Part shown: positions 10,429-20,725 of the stretch, piece after piece
Layout of the letters: every line of letters starts with the position of its first letter
Position numbering within the stretch: position 1 is the first letter of the stretch
Assembly (NCBI GenBank): GCA_963782525.1
Contig: CAWAKC010000008.1
Coordinates: 1-64,000 of the forward strand
Source of the DNA: Candidatus Bathyarchaeota archaeon
GTDB taxonomy: Archaea > Thermoproteota > Bathyarchaeia > Bathyarchaeales > Bathycorpusculaceae
Reading direction: 5' to 3'
DNA length: 64,000 bases
Notes under the pieces: model-generated
Told to the model about the DNA's origin: nothing
The model's input: only the letters and a program-made list of their open reading frames with translations
The model's database searches: none
Program-made: the position numbers and the translations under genes

Positions 10429-12422
10429 TCAAGGACACCTTGAGTAAACTTTTCGGCCAATTCCTGATTTTTTCTTGAGGTAGTCAAGTCGTTAGCCAGT
10501 TTTTCCAACTCTTTTTTAATGTCCAGACGAGAGTTGCTCCTGAGCAGGATTTCAGCTATGATTTTCTGGATGTCCTGTGACCCTTCATTTAATTCTGCTA
10601 AGACCGTTTCCATTTTGCCAATAGTCATAGTAAACAAATCTATTTTTTGGTATAGAATATGCAGCACGTAATCGTCGATGGTGTCTTTGACACTTAAGTT
10701 AAAGACCGTGACATCCCTATCTTGTTGAAACCTGTGAAGTCGACCTATGCGCTGTTCAATTTTCATAGGGTTCCAATGCAAATCATAATTAAACATTATA
10801 CAGCAGTTCTGGAGGTTAAGACCTTCAGCTGCTGCGTCGGTTGCGACAAGATATTTCGTTTTACCGCTTTTGAAGCTTCCAATGACCTTGTCTCTTTCCG
10901 CTTGGTCCAAATCTCCTAAGTAGACCGCTGCTCTCCCAAACTCTCGGTTAAGCATTTCTGAGAGTTTATGCGCTGTGATTTTTCGTAGACAAAATATCAA
11001 TGCTTGTTCATTTGGAATTTCTTTTAGAACGTTTCTTAGCAACTCCATTTTTGCGCTTTTCACTTTTGTCGCCAGCTCAATTAATCTGCCCGCGATTTCA
11101 GCCTCCATCGGAAACCGTTCCTGTCTTTTCTTTAGCGATTCGATGGCTGCATCTGGAGAACTTGAGAAGGACTGCTGAAGAGTAATTGCTTGAAACACAA
11201 GTATCGCGTTGCTTTGGGATTCACTGATTCTTCTAGTTGGGTTCTCTGCCATTAGAGCCTCGATTGTCTTGAAATGGTTTTTGCTTACGTCTCGCAGATA
11301 TTCGGTTGCTTGGTCGATAAACTCGCGTTCGGTTGGGTTTGCCTCTAATGACCTTGAGTCTACACATCGCTTTGTAAATGGGATGCCCGTTTGTTCTCGA
11401 CGCGTCCGGCACATGATGTCTCGAAGTGTTTGTCTTAGGTGAAATACTTCATCGGATTTAACAACGCGGCTTTTGGCGTCTTCAGCAAAGCGATCGACGA
11501 ACGAGCGTTCGCTATCAAGAAGCCCAGGGTGAATCAAATCCACAATACTGTACAAATCTGTAAGTTTATTGCATAGAGGAGTCGCCGTAAGCAACAAGAA
11601 ATGGTTTTTTCTGAGGTTAGCAAGACAAACTCTGCCTTTACTATGGGTATTTCTAAACGCATGCGCCTCGTCTACTACAATCAAATCCCAAGTTCGACTT
11701 GCAAACAGATCGTGTTTTCTAGCCAAAAGGTTATGTGAACATATTATTCTGTCATCGGTCTGAAGGTTAACGTGTTCTCTTGGATTGTTGGCTACCGAAA
11801 AAGCCTCTCCGAACTTCTCGGACATTTCCGTTTTCCATTGTGATAAAAGACTCTTAGGAGAAACAATAAGGATTGATTTTATTTCCTCCCTTAAAAGTAG
11901 CTCCTTCATTATTAGGCCAGCTTCAATTGTTTTGCCAAGCCCTACTTCGTCAGCTAGAATAGCGTTTCCATTCATTTCGTTTATTATTCTGAGTGCGGTT
12001 TGCATTTGAAAATTGTAGGGAATTACGGTTGTTTTTATGGCATCTAGAGCGATTAAGCTGTCGATTTTGCCTGTGTGCTTTATTTTGAGTGCTTCTACGT
12101 TAAGCTTAAATTTCTCTACAGGCTGAAACTTTTTTGTTTGAATTAACTCTTTTATATTGTAGGGATCGGAAAAACAGCATATGTACCTATGCAAGGTTTT
12201 TTGGCCTGTGATGCTTTCCTCTTCAAACTCGCATGATACTGCTTTCTCGATTAACTTTTCTTTTATTTTTTTAAAAATTTTTCTTGTAGATTTTTGAAAC
12301 TTCGGAACTTGATCAGTAGTGATTATTTCAGGGGAACATTTTTCACAAATACCGTTCGAATTTCCAGTTTCTGGATAAGATTGCCAGCTCTCGCGGCATT
12401 TGGCTTTGGAGTTAACAGGCAA
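10425..12422 (-). CDS. SNF2-family helicase (YqhH/RapA-like)
   Basis: ILADEVGLGKT, DEAH, LTATP, EGLNLQ, QRIGRLHR. Confidence 0.93.
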   Translation of the reverse strand: MPVNSKAKCRESWQSYPETGNSNGICEKCSPEIITTDQVPKFQKSTRKIFKKIKEKLIEKAVSCEFEEESITGQKTLHRYICCFSDPYNIKELIQTKKFQPVEKFKLNVEALKIKHTGKIDSLIALDAIKTTVIPYNFQMQTALRIINEMNGNAILADEVGLGKTIEAGLIMKELLLREEIKSILIVSPKSLLSQWKTEMSEKFGEAFSVANNPREHVNLQTDDRIICSHNLLARKHDLFASRTWDLIVVDEAHAFRNTHSKGRVCLANLRKNHFLLLTATPLCNKLTDLYSIVDLIHPGLLDSERSFVDRFAEDAKSRVVKSDEVFHLRQTLRDIMCRTRREQTGIPFTKRCVDSRSLEANPTEREFIDQATEYLRDVSKNHFKTIEALMAENPTRRISESQSNAILVFQAITLQQSFSSSPDAAIESLKKRQERFPMEAEIAGRLIELATKVKSAKMELLRNVLKEIPNEQALIFCLRKITAHKLSEMLNREFGRAAVYLGDLDQAERDKVIGSFKSGKTKYLVATDAAAEGLNLQNCCIMFNYDLHWNPMKIEQRIGRLHRFQQDRDVTVFNLSVKDTIDDYVLHILYQKIDLFTMTIGKMETVLAELNEGSQDIQKIIAEILLRSNSRLDIKKELEKLANDLTTSRKNQELAEKFTQGVLD

Positions 12423-12769
12423 GATAATCGTCGTGTACTTGCAGTCTTAATATAAAAAGATGAAGTTGGTAAAAACAGAATTTTTGCAAGCTTACTTGGC
12501 AGTCTTGCCCTCAATTTACCACACTTAAGGTGCTGCTGACTTAGTTATGTTTTCAGCACCAGATATTAATCGACTGGGGTTAGATTTGGCGAACCTGATT
12601 GTCCAACTGTGTCATAGGGTACCATAACGGCAGTTGCTATTACGAATGCTTTTTGAGTGTTCATTTAAGGTCAGTTGCTATCTTTCGTCTGCAGTTTTAA
12701 TTCTTTTATCGCCGAAACTCCAACAAACAAAAGATAAAAAACAGTCTCCCCCATATTTCTAAGTCTTAG

Positions 12770-13363
12770 GTGCTAAAGTTGGCGTTGAATTGTTTCTTGC
12801 CAGGAAAAACCATTCTGATAGATGCTTCAGGGTGGAGTGACCTATTATTGGGCGTCGTGGTAGGAGCAATCAAACCGCCGCATCCTATGCTGATGGAACG
12901 CAGAATCTCCACCGCATCGTTTCAACCTCCAAACTTCAAAAACAAAAAATACTTAGAGGATGCTGTAAAAATTGCTAACGAAATTATCACTGTTATGCAG
13001 CCTGACTCAGAAACCTGTTTTAAAGTTTGTTCAGAATACGTCTTAACCAGCGTAGCCCTATACTTGGAAAGCCAAGGATTCAAAGTTCAAAGAGTCGAAT
13101 CAACAGGTGAACTGAAACCGCTAATGGAGCAAGCATACATTCGATGGTGCATCGAAAAAGGCGTTCCTGAGGAAATACTGCAGGATAAGAGGCGCTTTTG
13201 GAAGTTTCTGGATTGGGTTGCAGAAAAGCCGCACCTGCGGGAGAGTCTTGTGAAGACTGGATGGGCAAGCTGGGAAAACAAGTGGCGCGAAGAAATATTC
13301 AAAAAGCAGTTAAGTCTGCGTAGTTTAAACACTCAAGAGAATCTTGATGAAACAGCAACTTGA
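12770..13363 (+). CDS. Hypothetical protein, possible RNase H-like fold
   Basis: ILIDASGWSDLLLGVVVG resembles the first strand of RNase HII. Confidence 0.55.
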   Translation: MLKLALNCFLPGKTILIDASGWSDLLLGVVVGAIKPPHPMLMERRISTASFQPPNFKNKKYLEDAVKIANEIITVMQPDSETCFKVCSEYVLTSVALYLESQGFKVQRVESTGELKPLMEQAYIRWCIEKGVPEEILQDKRRFWKFLDWVAEKPHLRESLVKTGWASWENKWREEIFKKQLSLRSLNTQENLDETAT

Positions 13364-13547
13364 GCAACGCTTGAAAGAACTCAGAGCCGAATACGCTGCA
13401 GGGCAAAAATCCCTCACTGAATTGGAAAATAAACAGGCGGCTCTACGAAGTACCCTACTTCGCATAAGCAACGCAATTAAGGCTATAGAGGAAGAACTGT
13501 CAACAGAACAAGAAGAAACAAAAAATCTATTAAATGAGAAAAAATGA
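13344..13547 (+). CDS. Small coiled-coil protein
   Basis: Heptad pattern, LLRISNAIKAIEE; overlaps both neighbouring genes. Confidence 0.7.
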   Translation: MMKQQLEQRLKELRAEYAAGQKSLTELENKQAALRSTLLRISNAIKAIEEELSTEQEETKNLLNEKK

Positions 13548-14116
13548 CAAAAAATCTCAAGCCCTCCAAGCAGCTGACTTTGGACAATTTGCCCAATGTG
13601 GCAAAAGAATCCAATGTCCCTGCTTCGAACACGCCAGAAAAGCGGATCGTAATTACCGAAATCTCCACAGCAACTAAAGAAGACGAGTTAGCCCTCAAAA
13701 TCGCCTTCAAGCTGATTCCTTCAAAAACCGCTTTTTCCAAAGTACAACTGGATTTATTCTTCAACAATCAACAAATTAATTCCAAAACAATCAGAATCAT
13801 TCAAGGTTCACTTGCAAAGGACGATTTTGAATTGACACCTGCCCTGAATATGCAGGATATCCCAGCAGGCAGATACGTCCTCAAAGTGGAGATGTATGAA
13901 CTCTGCCCTTCAGGTGAGAAGCTTTCCGAAGCCAAAAAAGAAGCGATTGTAGATTATGCCCCTCAAACCCGCGAATCAAAATTTGTCAGAGTTCCAATAG
14001 TAAAAAGTGTTGCAGGAACCGGGTTCTCGGTTATTTCAGAATCAGAAAAAGACATTTACAATGGAATCGAAAAAACAATGAAGAAAGAATACATTAGCAA
14101 TCGTGACGATTGGTAG
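13544..14116 (+). CDS. Hypothetical protein
   Basis: 190-aa ORF, ATGA coupling to the upstream gene. Confidence 0.7.
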   Translation: MTKNLKPSKQLTLDNLPNVAKESNVPASNTPEKRIVITEISTATKEDELALKIAFKLIPSKTAFSKVQLDLFFNNQQINSKTIRIIQGSLAKDDFELTPALNMQDIPAGRYVLKVEMYELCPSGEKLSEAKKEAIVDYAPQTRESKFVRVPIVKSVAGTGFSVISESEKDIYNGIEKTMKKEYISNRDDW

Positions 14117-14136
14117 TTTCAGTTATAGCCCTAAAG

Positions 14137-14253
14137 CTACTTCTTTTTTCCTTTTGGAGGCAACTGGTTTAACATTGCTTTCTTTTTTGCTTCTTTTTCC
14201 CGTTCAAGTTTCTTTTTTTGTTCAAGTTGTGTATTTTTGTTTTTTCTACTCAT
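14137..14253 (-). CDS. Small Lys-rich protein (38 aa)
   Basis: Manual translation MSRKNKNTQLEQKKKLEREKEAKKKAMLNQLPPKGKKK*. Confidence 0.5.
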   Translation of the reverse strand: MSRKNKNTQLEQKKKLEREKEAKKKAMLNQLPPKGKKK

Positions 14254-14598
14254 AACGCTCATATTTCGACACTACAAGCAAACAAGTACCGTTTCATGCT
14301 CTAAAATGTTGCCTTTTTGGGTAAGAACTTTCCATTCGTCAAAAAATCAAAAATCGAGTTTTATTTCATTTTTATCGAAATCGTTATGAGATAAAGATGC
14401 ATTATTGGATTGTTTAGTTTGAAGTGTATGGGTTTTGACGACTAAGACTCTGCTTTGCGGATGCGTTTACGAAGAAAATGAGTGGATGCTCGTTAGAATA
14501 AAAGAGTGCGAGAAGCATCATAAGGAACGACATAAAAAAGTAGAGTATCGACCAAAGGCAGAATGCAACCGAAACGATACTAGAGGCGAATAAACCAC

Positions 14599-16392
14599 TT
14601 ATTTGGTCTTTTCAGTTTCGACAGATTGTTTGGGTTGGATTTTGTAGAAGATCAATGGTAAACCCAAAAGTGGTAACGAAAGCATCCATAGGTCTAAGTT
14701 GTGGCCGAGGAACCATGCATACCAGCTGCTCCAACCACCGTTAAAGAAAACCCATGATAAATAATTCCAAAGGAAATACATGCCAAGCAACGTAACTATT
14801 GCGCCGACAGCACGAATGTTTAGGTCTTGTAAGGTTAAAGCGCCGCTGTTTTTCTTTGTTATTAAACCGGCGTAGATTGCCAATGCTAAAAGTCCAATTG
14901 TAGTTATAGCGAAACTGAAGAGGTGCTGGGGGTAACTGATGAGGTAAGAGGTGCCTTTTGGCGATGTTATTACCTGCATCCAGGCGCCTGTGTTTGTTAA
15001 CCAGAATGTCAAAACATAGGTGAAGCCAGAAATCAATGCCCATTTTATGATGCCTCGGAAAGGTTTGCTGGGATTAAGTTTTACGGCTAATATGAGTAGG
15101 GCGACGGGTGGAACAATCGATTCTATGATGCCGGGTATTGTGGTCCATGCGAGGTTGTCAAAGAGCGCCATCGTAGATAGGTGCCTGCTGAAAGCAAAGT
15201 AAACATAGATACCCGCCTGAGGAACCAAAGAAAGCCAGTAGATAGCTTCCATAAGCAAAACCCACCGAAGGATTTTATAGAGTTTCTGTTGACTGGGCAA
15301 GCCTTTTTTGTAATAATACAACACGGCACCGATTACTATGACTCCGCCGATGAACCGCGCAATTATGCCAACGAAGTTAGTTATGTCTTGGATGAAAACT
15401 GAAGTGTAGAATCCGCCGCTGAAACGGTTCCATTCGCCAACCCATCCCAAAGTAAACAGCGAATGCAAATTGAAGAGGAAGTAGGAGGCGGCGACTATAA
15501 GCAAGCCCCATTTCAGAGCAGAATATGATTTAATCTCTTTTTGCCGCATCGACATGATGGTGTTTGCCAAAACTAGAACCAAAAATAAAACGCCCAGAAC
15601 TATTAGAGGCGCTTTAAATTCAGGTAAGGAATGTAGAACGTTTGTTGTAGGCATGCCGCCGAGGTACGCTGCTAAGAATATGGCGACGAAAACGGCGCCA
15701 ACCGCTTCAAGCGACAGCAGTAATGGCTCTGTTTTTCTTTGCCGAATCCAAATTGCGGAGACAACTGCTACTGCAGCGGCAACAATGATGGTTGCTGCCA
15801 AAACAGCGTAGAACGTTGTTGGCGTGAACCCGAGGATGTCTGGTTGCCAAATGTTTGTTGAGTTTGTGTTAGTTACCATCGTGTAGTTTTGGTCGGTTTC
15901 AATCGACGTAGCCGCCACAAGTGTTCCCGTTTGTCTGTCCCAAACATAGGACGTGTAGGTGCTTGCGCCTAAAACCACTGTGCGCTCTGCGCCTGCGATT
16001 GTCTGTTGCTGTATGCTCGTTATGGTTATGTTGCCTTGGTAGGCGTCATAGAATTTGTCGCCTACGTTGAGGTTTTTAGGTATGAAAAAGTCGTCGCCGA
16101 GGATGCCTGTTGCCAAGTTGAGTGTGATGTGTTCTGGATAGAGGGTTCCATTGTTGAATAAAGTTTGAATATCCAAAGTTATCGTGGTGCCCTGCACATC
16201 AGTCACGTTTATGGATGCCCACTGTATGTTGTGGTCTCCCGGCGGATTCCCCGTTACGTGAACGTTGTACTCTATCCAATCTTCCTGCTTTACGCCAACT
16301 GACACATCGGCAAAAACAGTTGAGATTGAAACTGCCATAACAAGAAATACTAGAAGGATTGCTAACAGGGCTGATTTATGCATACCAATCAA
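14599..16392 (-). CDS. Multi-pass membrane protein with N-terminal extracellular domain
   Basis: Signal peptide, Thr-rich domain, about 11 hydrophobic segments. Confidence 0.8.
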   Translation of the reverse strand: MIGMHKSALLAILLVFLVMAVSISTVFADVSVGVKQEDWIEYNVHVTGNPPGDHNIQWASINVTDVQGTTITLDIQTLFNNGTLYPEHITLNLATGILGDDFFIPKNLNVGDKFYDAYQGNITITSIQQQTIAGAERTVVLGASTYTSYVWDRQTGTLVAATSIETDQNYTMVTNTNSTNIWQPDILGFTPTTFYAVLAATIIVAAAVAVVSAIWIRQRKTEPLLLSLEAVGAVFVAIFLAAYLGGMPTTNVLHSLPEFKAPLIVLGVLFLVLVLANTIMSMRQKEIKSYSALKWGLLIVAASYFLFNLHSLFTLGWVGEWNRFSGGFYTSVFIQDITNFVGIIARFIGGVIVIGAVLYYYKKGLPSQQKLYKILRWVLLMEAIYWLSLVPQAGIYVYFAFSRHLSTMALFDNLAWTTIPGIIESIVPPVALLILAVKLNPSKPFRGIIKWALISGFTYVLTFWLTNTGAWMQVITSPKGTSYLISYPQHLFSFAITTIGLLALAIYAGLITKKNSGALTLQDLNIRAVGAIVTLLGMYFLWNYLSWVFFNGGWSSWYAWFLGHNLDLWMLSLPLLGLPLIFYKIQPKQSVETEKTK

Positions 16393-16510
16393 ATGTTTGT
16401 AGTTGATTCTCTCTAAAAAAGCTATTAGTTTACAACTTAACTGTTATGTTTTGTCATAATTCGGTAGTTTAAATCGTACCCAGTTTGGCAAAATTACACT
16501 TGGCACAAGT

Positions 16511-17143
16511 TCAATGGAAGATTTGCCGCTCGCCCTTATGGAACAAGTAAACATTATTAATTGCTGATAGGTTCCCGTTATCATAAACGAGCGCTGATCC
16601 TTTAGGTACTGCAAAAATATCATCGTTTTTCGACAACTCAATTAATTCCATGTCCCAGCCTAACCTGTAATGCGCTTTAAGCGTTAAATCAACAAGTCCC
16701 AGTCCTTTGATAACTTTTACTTCTGAAGTACTCTGATAAGTTATCACGCATTTTCGGCAAAGCGCCAAAGCCCCTGCACTTCGCCCAACGATAACTCCAT
16801 CAAAACCCCGAAGGCGCTCTTCAACGCCCAATTTTTTTAGGCGCTCAATCAGCATGCTCGGAACCCCTCCCGTTAAGTAAACAAGGGCGGACTCCGCCAT
16901 TTTTTCTTTAATTTCAACCGAAGAACTGGAGTAGTTAACGGTGTTGACTGTGCTTGCCCCTAAGCTTCTAAAGTAATCGAACAGGAGTTTGCTTTTGGCA
17001 TAGGTGTTGTCGAAGGATGCTCTTGCCCAAGAGAAAACCAGGATTTTCGGTGCTACGCCTGCGTCGTTGAAGGCTTTTTGGTTGATTTTTTCTGCGTCTC
17101 TTTTATGGGTGTTTTCTCCGCCTAAAAGATAGTATTTGGGCAT
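16511..17143 (-). CDS. Peptidase S51 (dipeptidase E-like)
   Basis: YLTGG, GRSAGA nucleophile motif, AHY. Confidence 0.85.
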   Translation of the reverse strand: MPKYYLLGGENTHKRDAEKINQKAFNDAGVAPKILVFSWARASFDNTYAKSKLLFDYFRSLGASTVNTVNYSSSSVEIKEKMAESALVYLTGGVPSMLIERLKKLGVEERLRGFDGVIVGRSAGALALCRKCVITYQSTSEVKVIKGLGLVDLTLKAHYRLGWDMELIELSKNDDIFAVPKGSALVYDNGNLSAINNVYLFHKGERQIFH

Positions 17144-17255
17144 ATACAGGGTTTGGGGCTTTGTGGTTTAAAAAAGTTAACCCTGAGCCGTCTGCGGACA
17201 TATTTCCAGACTTCCAAAAAAGACTTATTAGTTTTGAACGGAGATTTAGGCAGCG

Positions 17256-17474
17256 ATGGACATGATTCCAGAAGGATATACTGAATACAAGCGACGGGAA
17301 TTCTGCAAAGACGTCAAATGCCCCGTGCAAGTCCAGTTAAACCAGCAAACCGAAGGAACACCCGCTTACGAGCAGACACGCCAAAAATGCAGCGCGGACT
17401 GCCTATACACCACATGGCAGTTCCACCACTGGCTCATAGAAAAAGGCTACTTAATCGTTAAACAGAAAGCTTGA
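17256..17474 (+). CDS. Small Cys/His-rich conserved protein
   Basis: EFCKDVKCP...C...C..TTWQFHHWL. Confidence 0.75.
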   Translation: MDMIPEGYTEYKRREFCKDVKCPVQVQLNQQTEGTPAYEQTRQKCSADCLYTTWQFHHWLIEKGYLIVKQKA

Positions 17475-17504
17475 AAGAAAGCTATCTGGGAACAGTGGGC
17501 TTTT

Positions 17505-17657
17505 TTAGGGATATGTTAGTCTGAACTCGCTGAGGTATTTTGCCTCGTGGAGTTCAACGTTTTTGCACTTTGGGCATTGGTAGCAGATTATGCTTCCATC
17601 TTCAGAGATTTCTCCCCTTGGGTTCATCGCTGTACTGCATTGAGTGCATTTGTGCAT
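17505..17657 (-). CDS. Small zinc-ribbon protein (50 aa)
   Basis: Manual translation MHKCTQC...YQCPKCKNVELH... Confidence 0.7.
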   Translation of the reverse strand: MHKCTQCSTAMNPRGEISEDGSIICYQCPKCKNVELHEAKYLSEFRLTYP

Positions 17658-17862
17658 ATTTTCACTCTTTTCTTGTTTTTATGTTTTAATGCTTAATTGT
17701 GATATAAACTTGGTTGTGATTTACTCATAAGTTTTCTTAAACAATGAACAAATGTGAAATCAGTCGAGAGCTGGTAAACTGGCTACATATTGAAAAAATA
17801 ACTTGCTTTAAAGCATAAAGTTATTTAATTCTTAAGCCAAAGCTTCCTCGGAGAAATAATGT

Positions 17863-18660
17863 ATGGATTGGGGAATGAAGAACCGCTTAAGTAGACTTAT
17901 TCAAAAAGACGGCAAAGCCCTCTTTTTACCAATTGACCACGGGTACTTCCAGGGACCAACACATGGTCTTGAGCATCCAGAAGAAACTATCAAACCGATT
18001 TACCCGTATGCAGACGCACTCATGCTCACACGCGGAGTGCTGCGCAACTGCATTGACTCTGCAATCGAGAAACCCATCATCATGCGCGTGTCTGGTGCTG
18101 TTTCAGTGGTTGGGGAAGATTTAGCTGCTGAAAGCATAGTTACCTCTATCCAAGAAATCCTCAGGTTAAACGCATCCGCAGTCTCTATGTCAGTTTTCGT
18201 GGGAACCAAATACGAAAACAAGAGCCTCAGCAACCTCGCCAAACTCGTCGACGAATGCGAAGACTACGGAATACCCGTCATGGCAGTCTCAGCTGTAGGT
18301 AAAGAACTTGAAAAACGAGAAGCACGCTACCTTGCATTGGTTGCCCGTATCTCAGCAGAAATCGGTGCGCGTGTAGTAAAAACCTATTACTGCAAGGATC
18401 ACTTTGAAAAAGTCGTTGACGGATGCCCAGTTCCCGTCGTTATAGCTGGCGGACCAAAAACTGATACGCAACGGGAAGTTTTCGACTTCGTTTATGACGG
18501 CATTCAGAAAGGCGCAGTCGGCGTCAACTTGGGGCGTAACATATGGCAAACCGACGCCCCGGTTGCCTCTATAAAAGCCATCCGCGCCATAATCCATGAA
18601 GGCTATACTCCCAAAGAAGCCGAAGACCTCTACAACCAAGTAAAAGACGGCAAAGCTTAA
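17863..18660 (+). CDS. lsrF: LsrF-like class I aldolase/thiolase (DhnA family)
   Basis: MDWGMKNRLSR, DHGYFQGPT, VKTYY, AGGPK, GRNIWQ. Confidence 0.88.
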   Translation: MDWGMKNRLSRLIQKDGKALFLPIDHGYFQGPTHGLEHPEETIKPIYPYADALMLTRGVLRNCIDSAIEKPIIMRVSGAVSVVGEDLAAESIVTSIQEILRLNASAVSMSVFVGTKYENKSLSNLAKLVDECEDYGIPVMAVSAVGKELEKREARYLALVARISAEIGARVVKTYYCKDHFEKVVDGCPVPVVIAGGPKTDTQREVFDFVYDGIQKGAVGVNLGRNIWQTDAPVASIKAIRAIIHEGYTPKEAEDLYNQVKDGKA

Positions 18661-18671
18661 CCCTTCCCTTT

Positions 18672-19712
18672 TTGGTGATTAATGTGTTTGCCGCTTTCTA
18701 CTACAACAACCATGACGTCCGCGTTGAAGAAATACCCGTTCCGAGCATCGGCGAAGATGAGGCATTGCTCAAGGTGATGGCATCTGGCATCTGCGGTAGC
18801 GATGTTTTGGAGTGGTACCGTGTGCCCAAGGCACCACGCGTGCTAGGTCACGAAGCTACGGGCGTAATAAGTAAAGTCGGCTGCAAAGTCAAAAAAGTTA
18901 AAATCGGTGACCGCGTCTTCGTTTCACACCACGTCCCCTGTAATCAATGCAGATACTGCGAACGAGGAAACCACACCGCTTGCCATACCCTCCACACAAC
19001 AAATTACTACCCTGGCGGCTTTGCACAGTACATTCAAATCCCAAAAATCAACATTGAATGTGGCATCTACAACCTGCCCGACGCTATGAGCTTTGAAGAG
19101 GGCACATTCATCGAGCCGCTCGCATGCGTCTCACGGGGACAACGTCTTGCCAACCTCCAAAAAGATGATTCTCTATTAATTATCGGAAGTGGCATTTCAG
19201 GTATTCTCCACACACAACTCGCCAAATACAACGGCATAAAGAACATTATCGTAGCCGACATCAACTCATATCGACTGGAGCTTGCCAAAAAATTTGGCGC
19301 AAACCACGCTTTAAACGCCAAAGATAACCTGCACCAAAATCTCAAAGAAATAAACGAAGGCCACTTAGCTGACCAAGTAATCGTCTGCACAGGCGCAACC
19401 TCCGCAGCCATGTCAGCAATAGACTGCGTTGAAAGCGGCGGAACCATCCTTTTCTTCGCCGTGCCCGATCCAACCGTAAAGCTGTCTGTGCCCATTAACC
19501 AGTTCTGGCGCAACGAAATCACCATGCGCACCAGCTACGGCGCAGCCCCAAACGACCTTGAAGATTCACTCAAATACTTGGCAACTGGAAAATTGAACCT
19601 TAAAGATATGATTACCCACAGGCTGAATTTGCGTGAGGCGCAAGAAGGTTTCCGTTTGATGGCTGAAGCGGGCCAATCGCTTAAAGTTATCCTGGAACCC
19701 AACAGCGAATAA
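18672..19712 (+). CDS. Zn-dependent alcohol/polyol dehydrogenase
   Basis: GICGSD, GHE, CxxCxxC...C, EPLAC. Confidence 0.92.
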   Translation: MVINVFAAFYYNNHDVRVEEIPVPSIGEDEALLKVMASGICGSDVLEWYRVPKAPRVLGHEATGVISKVGCKVKKVKIGDRVFVSHHVPCNQCRYCERGNHTACHTLHTTNYYPGGFAQYIQIPKINIECGIYNLPDAMSFEEGTFIEPLACVSRGQRLANLQKDDSLLIIGSGISGILHTQLAKYNGIKNIIVADINSYRLELAKKFGANHALNAKDNLHQNLKEINEGHLADQVIVCTGATSAAMSAIDCVESGGTILFFAVPDPTVKLSVPINQFWRNEITMRTSYGAAPNDLEDSLKYLATGKLNLKDMITHRLNLREAQEGFRLMAEAGQSLKVILEPNSE

Positions 19713-19744
19713 AGATAAAAACAGAAGTCAACATACAATTTGCT

Positions 19745-20362
19745 ATGCCAGAACTGTTTGACTCGATTCATGAGCGGCGAAGCATCAGAAAGTTCCTGCC
19801 TCAATCGGTTTCAAAAGAGATTATTTTGGATGTTTTGTCGGCTGCTGGTTGGGCTCCATCAGCCCATAACGCTCAACCATACGGATTAATCATTTTGGAG
19901 AATGCCCAAATCAAACAAGCGTTGGCGGATGCAATGGCTCAAGTTTGGGTTGCAGACATGGCAAAAGACGGCCAAACGATTGACGAGGATAAACGCAGGG
20001 AGCGAGTTGAACGCTTCGCAAAAGCGCCAGTCCTTATCTTGGCATGTGTAACGGGTATCGAAGGGTTGCCAAGTTATTCTGATATGCGACGGCAGGCATG
20101 TCTTCATGATTTAGCGGTTCAGAGTTTGGGTGCTGCGATTGAAAACTTGCTTTTGGCAGCGCATGCGAAAGGGTTGGGTGCATGCTGGTATTCGGCGCCA
20201 TGCTTCTGCAAAGAGACGGTTAGGCAAACGTTGGAAATTCCCGACGCTGTGGAGCCGCAGGCATTTGTCGTAATGGGGTATCCTGCAGAAAACCCTTCTG
20301 TGCCATCCAAAAAGCCGCTTGCTGCTTACTGCTTTGTGGATGAGTGGGGTAGAGCGCTTTAG
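19745..20362 (+). CDS. Nitroreductase family (FbiB C-terminal-like)
   Basis: RRSIRKF, APSAHNAQP, NLLLAAHAKGLGACW. Confidence 0.9.
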   Translation: MPELFDSIHERRSIRKFLPQSVSKEIILDVLSAAGWAPSAHNAQPYGLIILENAQIKQALADAMAQVWVADMAKDGQTIDEDKRRERVERFAKAPVLILACVTGIEGLPSYSDMRRQACLHDLAVQSLGAAIENLLLAAHAKGLGACWYSAPCFCKETVRQTLEIPDAVEPQAFVVMGYPAENPSVPSKKPLAAYCFVDEWGRAL

Positions 20363-20691
20363 GATTTTATCATAGTTAAGAGCATTTTGAACTTTGTTTT
20401 TGCCGCTAGTGCGTGCGGGTGGTTTGCTGGCATGATGATCATTTCTCCCTGCCTGAGAGTAAATGGTTTGCCCGATATTGTGACTTCCACTTCACCTTCA
20501 AGCACATAGACCATTGCGTCGAAGGGGGCAGTATGCTCGCTTAAGCCTTGGTTCGCGTCAAACGCAAACAACGTAACGGTACCAGTTTTCTTGTCAATTA
20601 AGGTACGGCTAACCACTGAGTCTTCCTGATAATCAATTAAGCCCGACAAGTTTGATGCCTGGGCTTGTAGCTCATACTTTTTGTTTGACAT
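20359..20691 (-). CDS. Cupin-domain protein
   Basis: LSEHTAPFDA...MPANHPHAL; start taken at MSNKK. Confidence 0.9.
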   Translation of the reverse strand: MSNKKYELQAQASNLSGLIDYQEDSVVSRTLIDKKTGTVTLFAFDANQGLSEHTAPFDAMVYVLEGEVEVTISGKPFTLRQGEMIIMPANHPHALAAKTKFKMLLTMIKS

Positions 20692-20725
20692 AATAAACAC
20701 ATTATACTGTTGAGGACTGTGGGAG

